Positions 17,830 through 27,686 of a stretch of 35,151 nucleotides of DNA are shown in pieces (the stretch's first letter is position 1; each line of letters opens with the position of its first letter). The notes under the pieces are model-generated. The model had not been told where the DNA came from. It made no database searches and was given only the letters and a program-made list of their open reading frames with translations. Location: contig JBFGJH010000034.1 in NCBI GenBank assembly GCA_041577335.1, positions 1 through 35,151 on the forward strand, read 5' to 3'. The translations under genes were made by a program, and so were the position numbers. This stretch comes from Acidimicrobiia bacterium. Its GTDB lineage: Bacteria; Actinomycetota; Acidimicrobiia; Spongiisociales; JAENVV01.

Positions 17830-18975
17830 ATGACCCAGTTCCCTAACGTGACATCCGAGTTGCGGGCTGCCCTCGACGTTGATGAAGGACGCCTTGTCGA
17901 TCTCGTTTTGAGTCGAGGCGGTACTCCTCTGGTTGACGGCTCGTCGGCCACCTTCGTGTTCGTGGGGGAGGCCGAAGAGGTCATGCTTCGTCATTGGATG
18001 GACACATTCCCGCCGATCGGACCTTTTGAACGGATGGAGCATTCGAACGTTTGGCTACTCACCATCGGATTGCCGGCAACGGCCCGCTTCGAATACAAGG
18101 TGGCGATCCGTCGGCACGGGCGACGGCGCCTCTACCTCGACTCCATGAATCCATCAAAGGTCGAAGAACCAATGGGATTCAACTCCCGCGCCGCCGGCGC
18201 TGCCTACCTTCGTCCGATCTGGTCGGTTCCCGACCCCGAGATTCCCCAAGGCGCCGTCGAGACGATTGAAATCTGGTCCGACGTATTCGAACAATCTCGA
18301 CGCGTCGGCATCTATCGACCCAACCTGGCGACCGATGGGCCTTTGCCCCTCCTCGTAGTTCACGACGGCTCGGACTACCGGGACTATGCAGACCTCACAA
18401 CGGTGCTCGACAATCTGATCGCCTCTGGAGACATCCCTCCCTTGATTGCGGTCCTCATCGACCCGGGCGAACGAAACGTGGAATACGCCGCCGATCGACG
18501 ACACGCCGATCACGTCTTCACAGAATTGATTCCCGGTTTGGCCGCTTCCATCGACGTCGATCACGATCGGGTATATGCGCTCGGTGCCAGCTTGGGAGGC
18601 GTTGCCTCTCTACATGCTGCCTGGCGTTATCCGGGAGCGTACGCCGGGTTGGTCCTTCAGTCGGGTTCGTTCGTTACCGCTCTCGGCGGTCCGTTTCACC
18701 GAGGCCCGGTTTTCAAACCGGTGGCCGCGTTTCTCCACGAGATGGGAGCCGAGCCGGGAGGGCTTCCGTCGGTGATGCACCTCTCGTGCGGAAAATACGA
18801 TGGCCTCCATGCCGATTGCCTCGCTTTGGCCCATCGTCTCAGTGACGGAGGTGTCGACATTGGCTGGGAGGACGCTCTCGATGGGCATCATTGGGAGAAT
18901 TGGCGCGATCGCCTCCGGTCTGGTCTCGTCCATGTGCTCGCTGCAGAGCGGCGGACGCCAAGCCCGTCTCAGTAG
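17830..18975 (+). CDS. Fes/enterochelin-esterase-like alpha/beta hydrolase with N-terminal beta-sandwich domain
   Basis: ARFEYK and YLDSMNP in the N-domain; PLLVVHDG; nucleophile GASLGG; LQSGSF; DGHHWENWRDRL. Confidence 0.88.
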   Translation: MTQFPNVTSELRAALDVDEGRLVDLVLSRGGTPLVDGSSATFVFVGEAEEVMLRHWMDTFPPIGPFERMEHSNVWLLTIGLPATARFEYKVAIRRHGRRRLYLDSMNPSKVEEPMGFNSRAAGAAYLRPIWSVPDPEIPQGAVETIEIWSDVFEQSRRVGIYRPNLATDGPLPLLVVHDGSDYRDYADLTTVLDNLIASGDIPPLIAVLIDPGERNVEYAADRRHADHVFTELIPGLAASIDVDHDRVYALGASLGGVASLHAAWRYPGAYAGLVLQSGSFVTALGGPFHRGPVFKPVAAFLHEMGAEPGGLPSVMHLSCGKYDGLHADCLALAHRLSDGGVDIGWEDALDGHHWENWRDRLRSGLVHVLAAERRTPSPSQ

Positions 18976-19000
18976 GCTCGGCTGAAAACGAGGAGGAACC

Positions 19001-20254
19001 CTGGCAGACATCACTCGACGTATTGGGCTTTCGCTCGGTGCCGATTTGTGCTGGCCGACCTTCTACGAAGACATCATCGGCACTCTTCAACCGCAGATCC
19101 GGCAGGGTAAGGACACCATCCGGTTCGATATCGATCGTCTGACCATCGAGCCATACGACCTCGCCCAACCAGACGAGCACGACGTCGGGCTCGACCGGCT
19201 CACCCACTGGTATCACACGAGCCGAGAGTGGATCAAGAAGGCGGTTGTCAAAGACGGTCTCTATGTTCTCAACAACCCCTTCTCGATTCAGGCGATGGAG
19301 AAGCACACGTCATACGCGGCGATGATGCGGCTGGGAATGCCCATCCCCACGACTTGGATGGTGCCTCCCAAGCACTACGAGCCGAGCGCCGATCTCCAGA
19401 TCACGTTGGAGAGTTATGCCCAACACTTCGACATCGGCGCGGTCGGCCGGGCCGTCGGCTATCCGATGTTCATGAAACCGTTCGACGGGGGAGCGTGGGT
19501 AGGAGTGTCGCGAGCGGGCGATGAAGACGAGCTGCGCAGGGCGTACGAAGAATCTGGAACCCGGCTCATGCATCTCCAGGAGGCGATCGAACCCTTCGAT
19601 CTGTTCGTACGCGCGCTGGCGGTTGGCCCCCAGGTGAACGTGCTGCGATACGACCCCGGGGCGGCGCTGCACGACAGGTACAAGGTCGATTTCAACTTCG
19701 TCGACGGCGACGAGTGGTCGTTGCTGTCGGACATGGTGCTCACCATCAATACCTTCTTTGGATGGGACTTCAACTCATGTGAGGCCCTGCGCCGCCAAGG
19801 GGTGTTCCACCCGATCGATTTCGCCAACCCGTGCCCCGATTCGCAGGTGACATCGCTGCACTATCACATTCCGTGGCTCGTCAAGGCCAAGATCCGCTGG
19901 TCGCTGTTCTGCGCCGCGACCAACCGTCCGATGCGTGTGAATCTCGACTGGACGCCCTATTTCGAGGTTGCCGACACCGACGCGCCCTACCGCGAGAAGC
20001 TGGCGGCGTATGGAGCGATTGCCAGGGAGCGCCTCGACGCCGAACGGTTCGACGAATTCTGTGCTGAGCATCTCGGGGATCTCGACGAGATCACCTACGA
20101 GTACTTTGGAACGGAGCGCGCCCGGCGGATCGTTGAGCACAAGGTTGTGACGATGTTCCCTGCCGACGAGGTTGCGTCGTTCACCGACCACTTCTGGGGT
20201 CTCATCCAGTTCTGGCGCAAGACTGAATCCGACCGCTTGGCCGGATCGAAGTGA
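19001..20254 (+). CDS. ATP-grasp (RimK-like) domain protein, probable CTG start
   Basis: LNNPF, MEKH, GMPIPTT, GYPMFMKPFDGGAWVGVS, MHLQE, WDFNSCE, IDFANPCPD; AGGAGG RBS 4 nt before CTG 19001 and an in-frame stop at 18983. Confidence 0.85.
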   Translation: MADITRRIGLSLGADLCWPTFYEDIIGTLQPQIRQGKDTIRFDIDRLTIEPYDLAQPDEHDVGLDRLTHWYHTSREWIKKAVVKDGLYVLNNPFSIQAMEKHTSYAAMMRLGMPIPTTWMVPPKHYEPSADLQITLESYAQHFDIGAVGRAVGYPMFMKPFDGGAWVGVSRAGDEDELRRAYEESGTRLMHLQEAIEPFDLFVRALAVGPQVNVLRYDPGAALHDRYKVDFNFVDGDEWSLLSDMVLTINTFFGWDFNSCEALRRQGVFHPIDFANPCPDSQVTSLHYHIPWLVKAKIRWSLFCAATNRPMRVNLDWTPYFEVADTDAPYREKLAAYGAIARERLDAERFDEFCAEHLGDLDEITYEYFGTERARRIVEHKVVTMFPADEVASFTDHFWGLIQFWRKTESDRLAGSK

Positions 20255-20976
20255 GCCTCGAACAAGCCTGGTACTCCGACCGGGTTGAGCAGAGGGTTCG
20301 GCTGATCCGGTGGGGCGAGACCGGAGCGCCCGTGTTGCTTTTTCCCACTGCAGGTGGCGATGCCTACGAGGTCGAGCGGATGGGCCTGGTTGGTTCGCTG
20401 CACGCCTTGCTCGAAGCAGGTCGGATCAAGGTGTACTCGGTGGACAGCATCCCGGGGCGATCGTGGATGGAAGGACACGACCCCCGGCATTCCATGTGGC
20501 TGCAAGACCAATTCGACGCGACAATCTATTACGAAGTCGTGCCGGCGATCCGTGCCGATTGTCACGATGATCGCATCGAGGTTGTGACGGCGGGAGCCTC
20601 GATCGGGGCGTTCAACGCGGTGGCGTCTTTGTGCCGCCACCCCGATGTGTTCCGGGCGGCCATCGGCATGAGCGGCACATACGACCTCAGCGACCGGCTC
20701 GGGGGCCACTGGAACGAGAATTTCTACTACTCGTCGCCCCTCCACTGGCTGCCCGGGCTGGGCGAGGGCACCGCCCTCGATAAATTGCGAACCCGGTTTG
20801 TGGTGCTGGCAGCAGGCCAGGGCAGGTGGGAGGACCCCAGCGAGTCATGGGCCGTGGCGCATGCGCTCGGCGAGAAGGGCATACCCAATCGAGTCGATCT
20901 GTGGTCGGAGAGCCATGACCACGACTGGCCGACCTGGCGGGAGATGCTCCCGCTCTACCTGGACGACCTGGCGTAA
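20251..20976 (+). CDS. Esterase-family alpha/beta hydrolase
   Basis: PVLLFPTAGG, GASIGAFNA, MSGTYD, HDHDWPTWREML; GTGA overlap with the ATP-grasp gene. Confidence 0.9.
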   Translation: MSLEQAWYSDRVEQRVRLIRWGETGAPVLLFPTAGGDAYEVERMGLVGSLHALLEAGRIKVYSVDSIPGRSWMEGHDPRHSMWLQDQFDATIYYEVVPAIRADCHDDRIEVVTAGASIGAFNAVASLCRHPDVFRAAIGMSGTYDLSDRLGGHWNENFYYSSPLHWLPGLGEGTALDKLRTRFVVLAAGQGRWEDPSESWAVAHALGEKGIPNRVDLWSESHDHDWPTWREMLPLYLDDLA

Positions 20977-21021
20977 CAGCTCCAGCGTCGGGTCCGACCC
21001 GCTTGCCGGTGGCGCGTCGAG

Positions 21022-22806
21022 TTATCGGGCCGGCGTCACCACCCCCGCGTCTCCGCCGCCGCGGCGGATCGGCTCCGCCGCTCCGAGCACTGTGCCGTCG
21101 GGCAGGAACTCGAGACCAGTGGCTGCGCCAATCTCGAACCGGTCGCTGAAGGCATGGCCCAATGCGGCGAGCTCGGTCTCATAGAGAGCTCGATAGGCAG
21201 CCTCAGCTCCTACGGTCGATGTGTTCCGCTGCGTCGCCCTGGGGGCGGCGATTGCCTCAGGCAACGTCATCCCTCGATCGATCCGGTTGAACAGGATCTC
21301 CGCCACCGTGGTGATGATGGTGGATCCTCCGGGGGTGCCTATTGCCAGCCACGGCTGTCCGTTGTCCAGGACGATCGTCGGGCTCATCGAGCTCCGCGGG
21401 CGCTTGCCCGGGGCCGGCAGGTTGGGGCCGTCCCCTGTGGAGTTGAAGTCGGTGAGCTCATTGTTCAGCAAGAAACCCCGACCCGGCACAGTGATAGCGC
21501 TCCCGCCAGTCGACTCGATTGTGAGTGTGTACGAAACGACGTTGCCCCACCGGTCCGACGTGACCAGATGGGTGGTCGATGTTCCGCCGCTGGCATCGAG
21601 AGCTGCGGCATCTGGCACACACTGCGGGTCACCGTCGAAGGGACATGGATTGCCAGGAGCCACGGGTTTCGCGGCGGCGGCAACCGGGTCGATCAGGGCG
21701 GCGCGCACGTCGGCGAATCCCTGCGAAAGCAGCCCCGTCACTGGCACATAGTTGTACTGCGGCCGGTCGTCGCCGATGTAGGCGTTTCGGTCGGCGAACG
21801 CCAACGCTGTTGCCTCGAGCACGTGGTGCTGGAATTCGATGTCGCTCGCGACGTCGAGCGGGAAGGGGGCTCCGATGTTGAGGCTCTCGCCAACTGTGAT
21901 GCCGCCGCTCGACGGAGGGCCCATGCCGAACACTTCGTAGCCGCGATAGTCGACGACGGTCGGGTCAGGGTGCAGCACCTCGTATTGGGCCAAGTCGTTG
22001 GCGACCATCAGCCCAGGGCGCACCTCGAACGGGGGGTTGTCGATGACCGGTGGGTTCTGGACCGTGTCGACGATCTCATCGGCCAGAGGTCCTTGGTAGA
22101 AGTAGTCGGGTCCGTTCCTTTGTAGCAGTCGATAGGTGCGAGCCAGGTCTTGATTTCGGAACACGGAACCGACGGCGGGCACCTCACCGTTGACAAGGAA
22201 TGTCTCGGCAGTTGACGTAATCGCCTCGAACCGCGAAAGGTTCCCGGCAGTCTGGTCGGCGAAGGTCTGGTCGACGACGAAGCCGGACTGAGCAACCACC
22301 CGGCCGGGCTGGAGTGCCTGGGCCAGAGTGATCGTGCCGTAGTGGTCGAGAGCGTCCACCCACGTGGCCAGAGTTCCGGGCACGCCGACGGCAAGGCCGC
22401 TCGTGATCCGCTCAGGGAAGAAGGGGATGGGGACGCCGTCCTCGAGGAATACATCCGAGTCGAATGCGGGATCGCTCGGTGCTTCCTCGCGTCCGTCGAT
22501 CGTGACGACTTCACCTGTGTCGGCCAGGTAGATGACCATGAAGCCACCACCGCCGATGCCCGCAGAATATGGTTCGGTTACCCCGAGAACGGCGGCTGCT
22601 GCCACCGCGGCGTCGACGGCGTTGCCGCCTCTTCGCAAGATATCCACGCCGGCGTCCGTAGCCAGAGGGTCCACTGTGGAAACCGCTCCGCCGGTTCCAA
22701 CGGCGACTGGATGTTTGGTGGGAAGATCGGGTGCGGCTCCGACGGGGAGCGCGACGAGCGCTGCCGCCAGCACCGCTGCCATGACGATCGGCAGTCGTCT
22801 ACGCAT
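21022..22806 (-). CDS. ggt: Gamma-glutamyltransferase (secreted)
   Basis: Signal peptide; GGNAVDAAVAAAAVLGVTEPYSAGIGGGGF, IDGRE, autocleavage site STTHLVTSD, LLNNELTDF, KRPRSSMSP, GTPGGSTI; AGGAG RBS. Confidence 0.95.
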   Translation of the reverse strand: MRRRLPIVMAAVLAAALVALPVGAAPDLPTKHPVAVGTGGAVSTVDPLATDAGVDILRRGGNAVDAAVAAAAVLGVTEPYSAGIGGGGFMVIYLADTGEVVTIDGREEAPSDPAFDSDVFLEDGVPIPFFPERITSGLAVGVPGTLATWVDALDHYGTITLAQALQPGRVVAQSGFVVDQTFADQTAGNLSRFEAITSTAETFLVNGEVPAVGSVFRNQDLARTYRLLQRNGPDYFYQGPLADEIVDTVQNPPVIDNPPFEVRPGLMVANDLAQYEVLHPDPTVVDYRGYEVFGMGPPSSGGITVGESLNIGAPFPLDVASDIEFQHHVLEATALAFADRNAYIGDDRPQYNYVPVTGLLSQGFADVRAALIDPVAAAAKPVAPGNPCPFDGDPQCVPDAAALDASGGTSTTHLVTSDRWGNVVSYTLTIESTGGSAITVPGRGFLLNNELTDFNSTGDGPNLPAPGKRPRSSMSPTIVLDNGQPWLAIGTPGGSTIITTVAEILFNRIDRGMTLPEAIAAPRATQRNTSTVGAEAAYRALYETELAALGHAFSDRFEIGAATGLEFLPDGTVLGAAEPIRRGGGDAGVVTPAR

Positions 22807-22939
22807 TGGGTACTCCTGACTGGGTAGGAGACCAAACATACGGGGCCCAACCACAACGTAGGGTTAAACAACGCACGGCGAGAGCTACCGACTGCAAGCC
22901 CACCGAAGGAGATGTTCCCTTATCGGTAGTGTCACGGAC

Positions 22940-24397
22940 ATGAAGATTCTCGTAACCGGGGCGACGGGTTATATCGGCGGCCGATTGGTGCCGCGTCTCT
23001 TGGAGTCAGGATTCCAGGTCCGATGTATGACGCGCGACCCAGAGCGGCTCCGGCTCGACCCCTGGCGTGATCAGGTCGAGGTGGTTGCCGCCGACGCGAG
23101 GGATCCAGCGAGTCTCGGCCCGGCCGTCCAAGGATGCGACGCTGCGTTCTACCTGATCCACGCCATGGAACGATCCGGGGGCTCGTTCGTCGACGACGAT
23201 CGGCTCGCCGCCAAACTCTTTGCGGCCGCGGCCGAAGCGGCTGGGCTACGTCGCATCGTGTATCTCGGTGGGCTGGGCGAAGAGCGGTCCGACCTCTCAG
23301 AGCACCTCGTGAGCAGGCACGAAGTGGGTCACATCCTCAGGGCAGGTGGCACCCCGGTCACCGAGCTTCGGGCGGCCGTGATCATCGGATCGGGCTCCAT
23401 ATCCTTCGAAATGATCCGCCATCTCACCGAGGTGCTCCCCATCATGATGCGGCCCCGATGGGTCCGTACCCGATGCCAGCCGATTGCGATCCGCGATGTG
23501 CTTGCCATTCTCGAGTCGGTCATAACGGTGGACGACGGGCAGGATCAGACGTACGCCATCGGCGGCCCGGACATCCTCACCTACGAGCAGATGATGCAGA
23601 CCTATGCCGATGTTGCCGGCCTGCCACGCCGTCTGGTGATCCCCCTTCCGTTGTTCAGCGCCCGTCTCTCCCCAGTCTTCGTAGGTCTCATCACGCCCCT
23701 CCCTCGGACGATGGCTCGTGCCCTCATCTCCAGCTTGCTTTACGACGTGGTGGTGGACGGGCCAACTCCGCCCGGATTCGATCCGGTGAGCCTGCACAGC
23801 TACCGCCGTGCCTTGGAGCTGGCGCTCACCAAGGTAGCCCACCACGAGGTGGAGACGCGTTGGTCGGATGCGGTGCCAATGCCGGCGGCACCCATGCCGA
23901 GCGACCCGATGTGGGCAGGCGCCGCCATGATGTCCGATCTTCAGGTGGCTGAGTCGGCAGCGTCGGCGGACGACCTGTTCTGGGCCGTCACGAGGATTGG
24001 AGGCGACGTCGGGTACTACTCGATGAATTGGGCATGGCGGGCTCGGGGCTGGCTGGACCAGTTGCTGGGCGGGGTTGGCCTCCGGCGAGGCCGGAGACAT
24101 CCCGAGGAGCTGCGCACCGGCGAGGCAGTCGACTTCTTCCGGGTCGCCGCCTTCGATCCGACCGAACGCCTCCTCGTGTTGCAAGCTGAAATGAAGGTGC
24201 CGGGCACTGCCTGGCTGGGCTGGAGTGTGGCTGAGACCCCGCGCGGCTCCCGTCTCGTTCAATCGGCGAGATTCGCTCCGCGGGGACTCCTGGGCCGCCT
24301 CTACTGGTATGCATTGCTCCCCTTTCATGCAACGATTTGGAAGCGCATGACCGCCCGCATGGCTCGTGTGGCCGAACGCCGCCGATGGATCGATTAG
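22940..24397 (+). CDS. Atypical SDR (YbjT-like) with C-terminal DUF2867-like domain
   Basis: [48 protein letters not shown]-terminal AEMKVPG..WL and [13 protein letters not shown]. Confidence 0.92.
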   Translation: MKILVTGATGYIGGRLVPRLLESGFQVRCMTRDPERLRLDPWRDQVEVVAADARDPASLGPAVQGCDAAFYLIHAMERSGGSFVDDDRLAAKLFAAAAEAAGLRRIVYLGGLGEERSDLSEHLVSRHEVGHILRAGGTPVTELRAAVIIGSGSISFEMIRHLTEVLPIMMRPRWVRTRCQPIAIRDVLAILESVITVDDGQDQTYAIGGPDILTYEQMMQTYADVAGLPRRLVIPLPLFSARLSPVFVGLITPLPRTMARALISSLLYDVVVDGPTPPGFDPVSLHSYRRALELALTKVAHHEVETRWSDAVPMPAAPMPSDPMWAGAAMMSDLQVAESAASADDLFWAVTRIGGDVGYYSMNWAWRARGWLDQLLGGVGLRRGRRHPEELRTGEAVDFFRVAAFDPTERLLVLQAEMKVPGTAWLGWSVAETPRGSRLVQSARFAPRGLLGRLYWYALLPFHATIWKRMTARMARVAERRRWID

Positions 24398-24636
24398 GCG
24401 AGGGCCTGATCAGCTATCTCGCTGACGCGCGAATGGAGATGCCACCCGTAGGCCGCACCGCGCCCGACAGGCGACCGTCGGCCTAGGGTTGGGGACGCAC
24501 CGGAGCTTCAGAGGCTGTGGAATGAGTCCGACAAGTCAGACACCCGGAAACACTTTGCAGGTATCGCTGCGGTGGCGCGCCAAATCCGGGAGCCCTGCGC
24601 CGGCCTGCCTTCTCGGCGCCGGCGCCTGACCAGATC

Positions 24637-25218
24637 ATGGCGTATTTCCTTCTCGTCCTCGCCCTCGTCAACGATGTGCTGTTTGCGGTGCTCGGAATCC
24701 AATCGTTGAGCCTCGCGCAGCGAGTTCCGACGCCGCGAGCGCGTACGCAGGCCTACCTTGTTGCGCTCGTTTGCGGCGCCTTCGTCGTCGCTTCCACTCA
24801 GAGGGTGGGATTGCAGCTCGTCGAGATCGGGATCCTCGATCCGAGCCGCCGCGAGCTGCTCACGGGCTCCCTCCAGCTGGTGACCGGCGTCGGTGCGCTG
24901 GTCCTCGTTGTCCCTGCCCTGTGGATGCTGCGCCGGCTCACCGCCATGTTCGCCCGATCGGATCGGTTCGTCACGGTGCTCATGGGCCAGGTAGCGCTCG
25001 ACGCCTCGGTCTCCGACGCCGGCCTGACCGCTCGCGAGCTAGAAGTCCTGCAGCACGTCGCCGAAGGCGTGCTCACCGACAGCGACCTGGCCGAGGCGCT
25101 GTACGTGTCGCCTTCCACGGCAGCGACGCACGTCCGCAACATCATGAAGAAGACCGGAGTGCGCCGACGTCACGAATTGATGCTGCTTGCCCCGGATGGG
25201 ATCGTCGACACGGGCTGA
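24637..25218 (+). CDS. Membrane-anchored LuxR-family (one-component) regulator
   Basis: Three N-terminal hydrophobic helices; C-terminal LTARELEVLQHVAEG...LAEALYVSPSTAATHVRNIMKK. Confidence 0.85.
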   Translation: MAYFLLVLALVNDVLFAVLGIQSLSLAQRVPTPRARTQAYLVALVCGAFVVASTQRVGLQLVEIGILDPSRRELLTGSLQLVTGVGALVLVVPALWMLRRLTAMFARSDRFVTVLMGQVALDASVSDAGLTARELEVLQHVAEGVLTDSDLAEALYVSPSTAATHVRNIMKKTGVRRRHELMLLAPDGIVDTG

Positions 25219-25706
25219 GCCCTGAACAGCGCTCCGCCAGCCCCTCAGCCCGAATTCAGGGTTGTATCCCAGGGTTCGGCCATACAGAAGTGAATGTCTC
25301 AGCTCACAGAACGGACATCGCGCCCGCATTCGGGCAGCCGAGACTCCCGGGAGAGCCTAAGGGGGGCAAAACTCTCACCGAGAGTCTGGCTGCCATGCCC
25401 GATCCGGCTGGGACAATCGGATCGGGACGCGGCGCTCCGCACGATCACGCCAGGGAATGTGATGCGTGCGATGTAGCGCCACAGTCAGCATTCACCATTC
25501 GGTCTTCCTCCGCCATACCGGATGGCAGGTAGATCGATACCGTGGGCGGGGTGTTGCGGCAGGACGACCGGATCCATCGCACCAGGAGCGAGCGCCAGGA
25601 CACGGAGGGTGGCGGACATCGTATTCATGGCCCGGGAAGCGCCGACCGCGCTTCTGATGCCCGCCGGGGCCTCGAGCAAGGATTGGTGGCGGGTAGGCTC
25701 CAACGG

Positions 25707-26090
25707 GTGGCTGTTCTCGACGCATTTGGCATGGTCGTGGAAGACATGGCCGAGTCCATCAGGTTCTATTCACTTCTCGGCCTCGACTTCCCCGCCGACG
25801 CAGCCGGCGAAGGCCACGCCGAAGCCGAGCTGGGCGGCGGGTTACGTCTGATGCTCGACACAATCGAGGTCGTGAAGTCATTCTCGGAGTGGGAACCAGC
25901 CAGCGGTGGCCATCGTATCGGCTTGGCCTTTCGGTGCCAGAGCCCATCGACCGTGGACGAGACCTACGCCGAGATCGTCAGAGCCGGCTATCGGTCGTCT
26001 GTCGAACCGTTCGACGCGTTCTGGGGCCAGCGCTACGCCACCGTTCTGGATCCTGATGGCAACCCTGTGGACCTCTACGCAACGTTGTAG
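25707..26090 (+). CDS. VOC/glyoxalase family protein
   Basis: LDAFGMVVEDMAESIRFYSLLG, EPFDAFWGQRYATVLDPDGNPVDL; GTG start 7 nt after a TAGGCT -10 box. Confidence 0.92.
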   Translation: MAVLDAFGMVVEDMAESIRFYSLLGLDFPADAAGEGHAEAELGGGLRLMLDTIEVVKSFSEWEPASGGHRIGLAFRCQSPSTVDETYAEIVRAGYRSSVEPFDAFWGQRYATVLDPDGNPVDLYATL

Positions 26091-26330
26091 GTACCGACCC
26101 GATGCGAACGCGGATCTCGGCGCATCGCCGTCTGGGTCGCATTCCTAGATCGGCTTAGCCAGCGTCAGGAGTGCTCGTGAGTTCTCGCCGCGACCCGTGG
26201 GGTGTGCCCTCCAGAGCGTGAATCGAGATCGTCTTCACCGGGGAAAGGCGCGGCTACACAGAAGGTGGGTGTCCTCTCGGCGACTCGTGGGGCCGCATGC
26301 GAGTAGCAAGCCTCTGGTCGACTTCGTCCG

Positions 26331-26816
26331 CTAGCCGGCGAACGCCTCGTCGAAGGCGCTGCGCAATTCGGGGGTGGCGGGACCCGTGAAACCGCAGTAG
26401 TTCACGTTGCCGTCGGTGGCGGTGATCAGGTATTGGTCTCCTTCGGCGAATGCGATGCCGCCGATGAGAGCTTCCATCCCCTGAGGAGCCGAGAGCTGCA
26501 CCGCGGCTGCGTCGCCGCCGCGGAACCAGTGGTCGACGGCCACCGTGATGGCGTCGCCATCTACCGCGGTCGCGGTCCCTGCAAAGGCCACCGGCATCTG
26601 GGCGAGGGCGGCGACATCGAACTGAATGCAGGAGGCGAGCGAGTCGCCGGCTCCCAGGGACAGTTCGAGCGCGGGAGCCTCGGCCATCGATGGGCTGGAC
26701 GAAAACCAGTCGTTCGAGACGGCCAGTATTCCCAGTGCTGCGGCGACCGAAACAAGAGCTGCGATCACGTACGTGCGGATGCGCATCGGTCGTGGTCGGG
26801 TGGACGTGGATGTCAT
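26331..26816 (-). CDS. Membrane-anchored extracytoplasmic protein with a two-Cys domain (TIMP/NTR-like pattern)
   Basis: GGAGG RBS before ATG 26816 (alternative start 26849); single TM; ASC...VAFAGTATAV...VDHWFRGG...F..GDQYLITA...NYCG. Confidence 0.75.
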   Translation of the reverse strand: MTSTSTRPRPMRIRTYVIAALVSVAAALGILAVSNDWFSSSPSMAEAPALELSLGAGDSLASCIQFDVAALAQMPVAFAGTATAVDGDAITVAVDHWFRGGDAAAVQLSAPQGMEALIGGIAFAEGDQYLITATDGNVNYCGFTGPATPELRSAFDEAFAG

Positions 26817-27283
26817 GAGTTCCTCCAGGCTTGGCAGCGTTGTGTTCATCGGAGTCCGACGGATTCGGGTCCGTGCTGCGTGACGGATACGACGCGTTCC
26901 CAACCGATTCGGTTCCCGGAGATTCGCGGGACGACCCAGCCTGATGCTGCCCACACTTCGTCGATCTCCCTGTGCCGTTCCCTCGGTCGGCAACTTGCCG
27001 TGATGTCACCGGTCTCGTTCGAGCTGGAGTGGTGTCTTTGCGCCTCGCCTGTGAAGACTCTCGAGGCGGGAGAGTCGCCAGTACCCGGGCACGCTCTCGT
27101 CGGAGGACGTCTGGTTGAATCAGTTCCCTCCGAAGAGTCGTCTGACTTCGGATAGCTGGCAGGGAGAAACCTCCGAAAACCCGGCTGGTACCCGACAGGG
27201 GCGCCCGAGCAGATTCACCCAAATCCCAGTCGCCAGGAGGGAACACACCCTTCGAGCCCATCGGCAAGGCGGTGGCTCAGCCC

Positions 27284-27562
27284 TTACTGGTCGAGATAGC
27301 GGTTGCGGAATTCGCCTGCCGACATCGTCCCGAGGTCGGCCTTCATGTCCTCGATCATGCCCGTCAAGGCCGCAACGGTTCCTTTGACGACCTTCCCAGT
27401 CGCCTTCTCGACGACCACCGGATGGGTGCCGGCGGGGATCAACTGGCCGCTGAACGGGGCCATGAATTTGTGAAGGATCGTCCGGATCGGTCCCATCTGA
27501 GCCGTCGGCTCCTCGATGATTGCGAACACCTCGGCTGCGGGAAGTTCATCGTGGCTCGACAT
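27284..27562 (-). CDS. Hypothetical protein (92 aa)
   Basis: AGGAGG RBS before ATG; plausible GC3-rich codon usage; no family recognised. Confidence 0.7.
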   Translation of the reverse strand: MSSHDELPAAEVFAIIEEPTAQMGPIRTILHKFMAPFSGQLIPAGTHPVVVEKATGKVVKGTVAALTGMIEDMKADLGTMSAGEFRNRYLDQ

Positions 27563-27686
27563 TTGAGGTCCTCCTGAGCTCACAATCCTAGAGGTTCGAA
27601 TCCGGCCTGGAACGCGCTGCGCCGTCTCCAACATGCGTCGGCGGGCGGTGACGCTGCGGATCCGCCGGAGGCGCAAAGGACAGCGG

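Noticed and set aside
25294..25476. 60-aa ORF downstream of the LuxR gene
   Set aside because: No SD, atypical Arg/Ser-rich composition and no recognisable motif.
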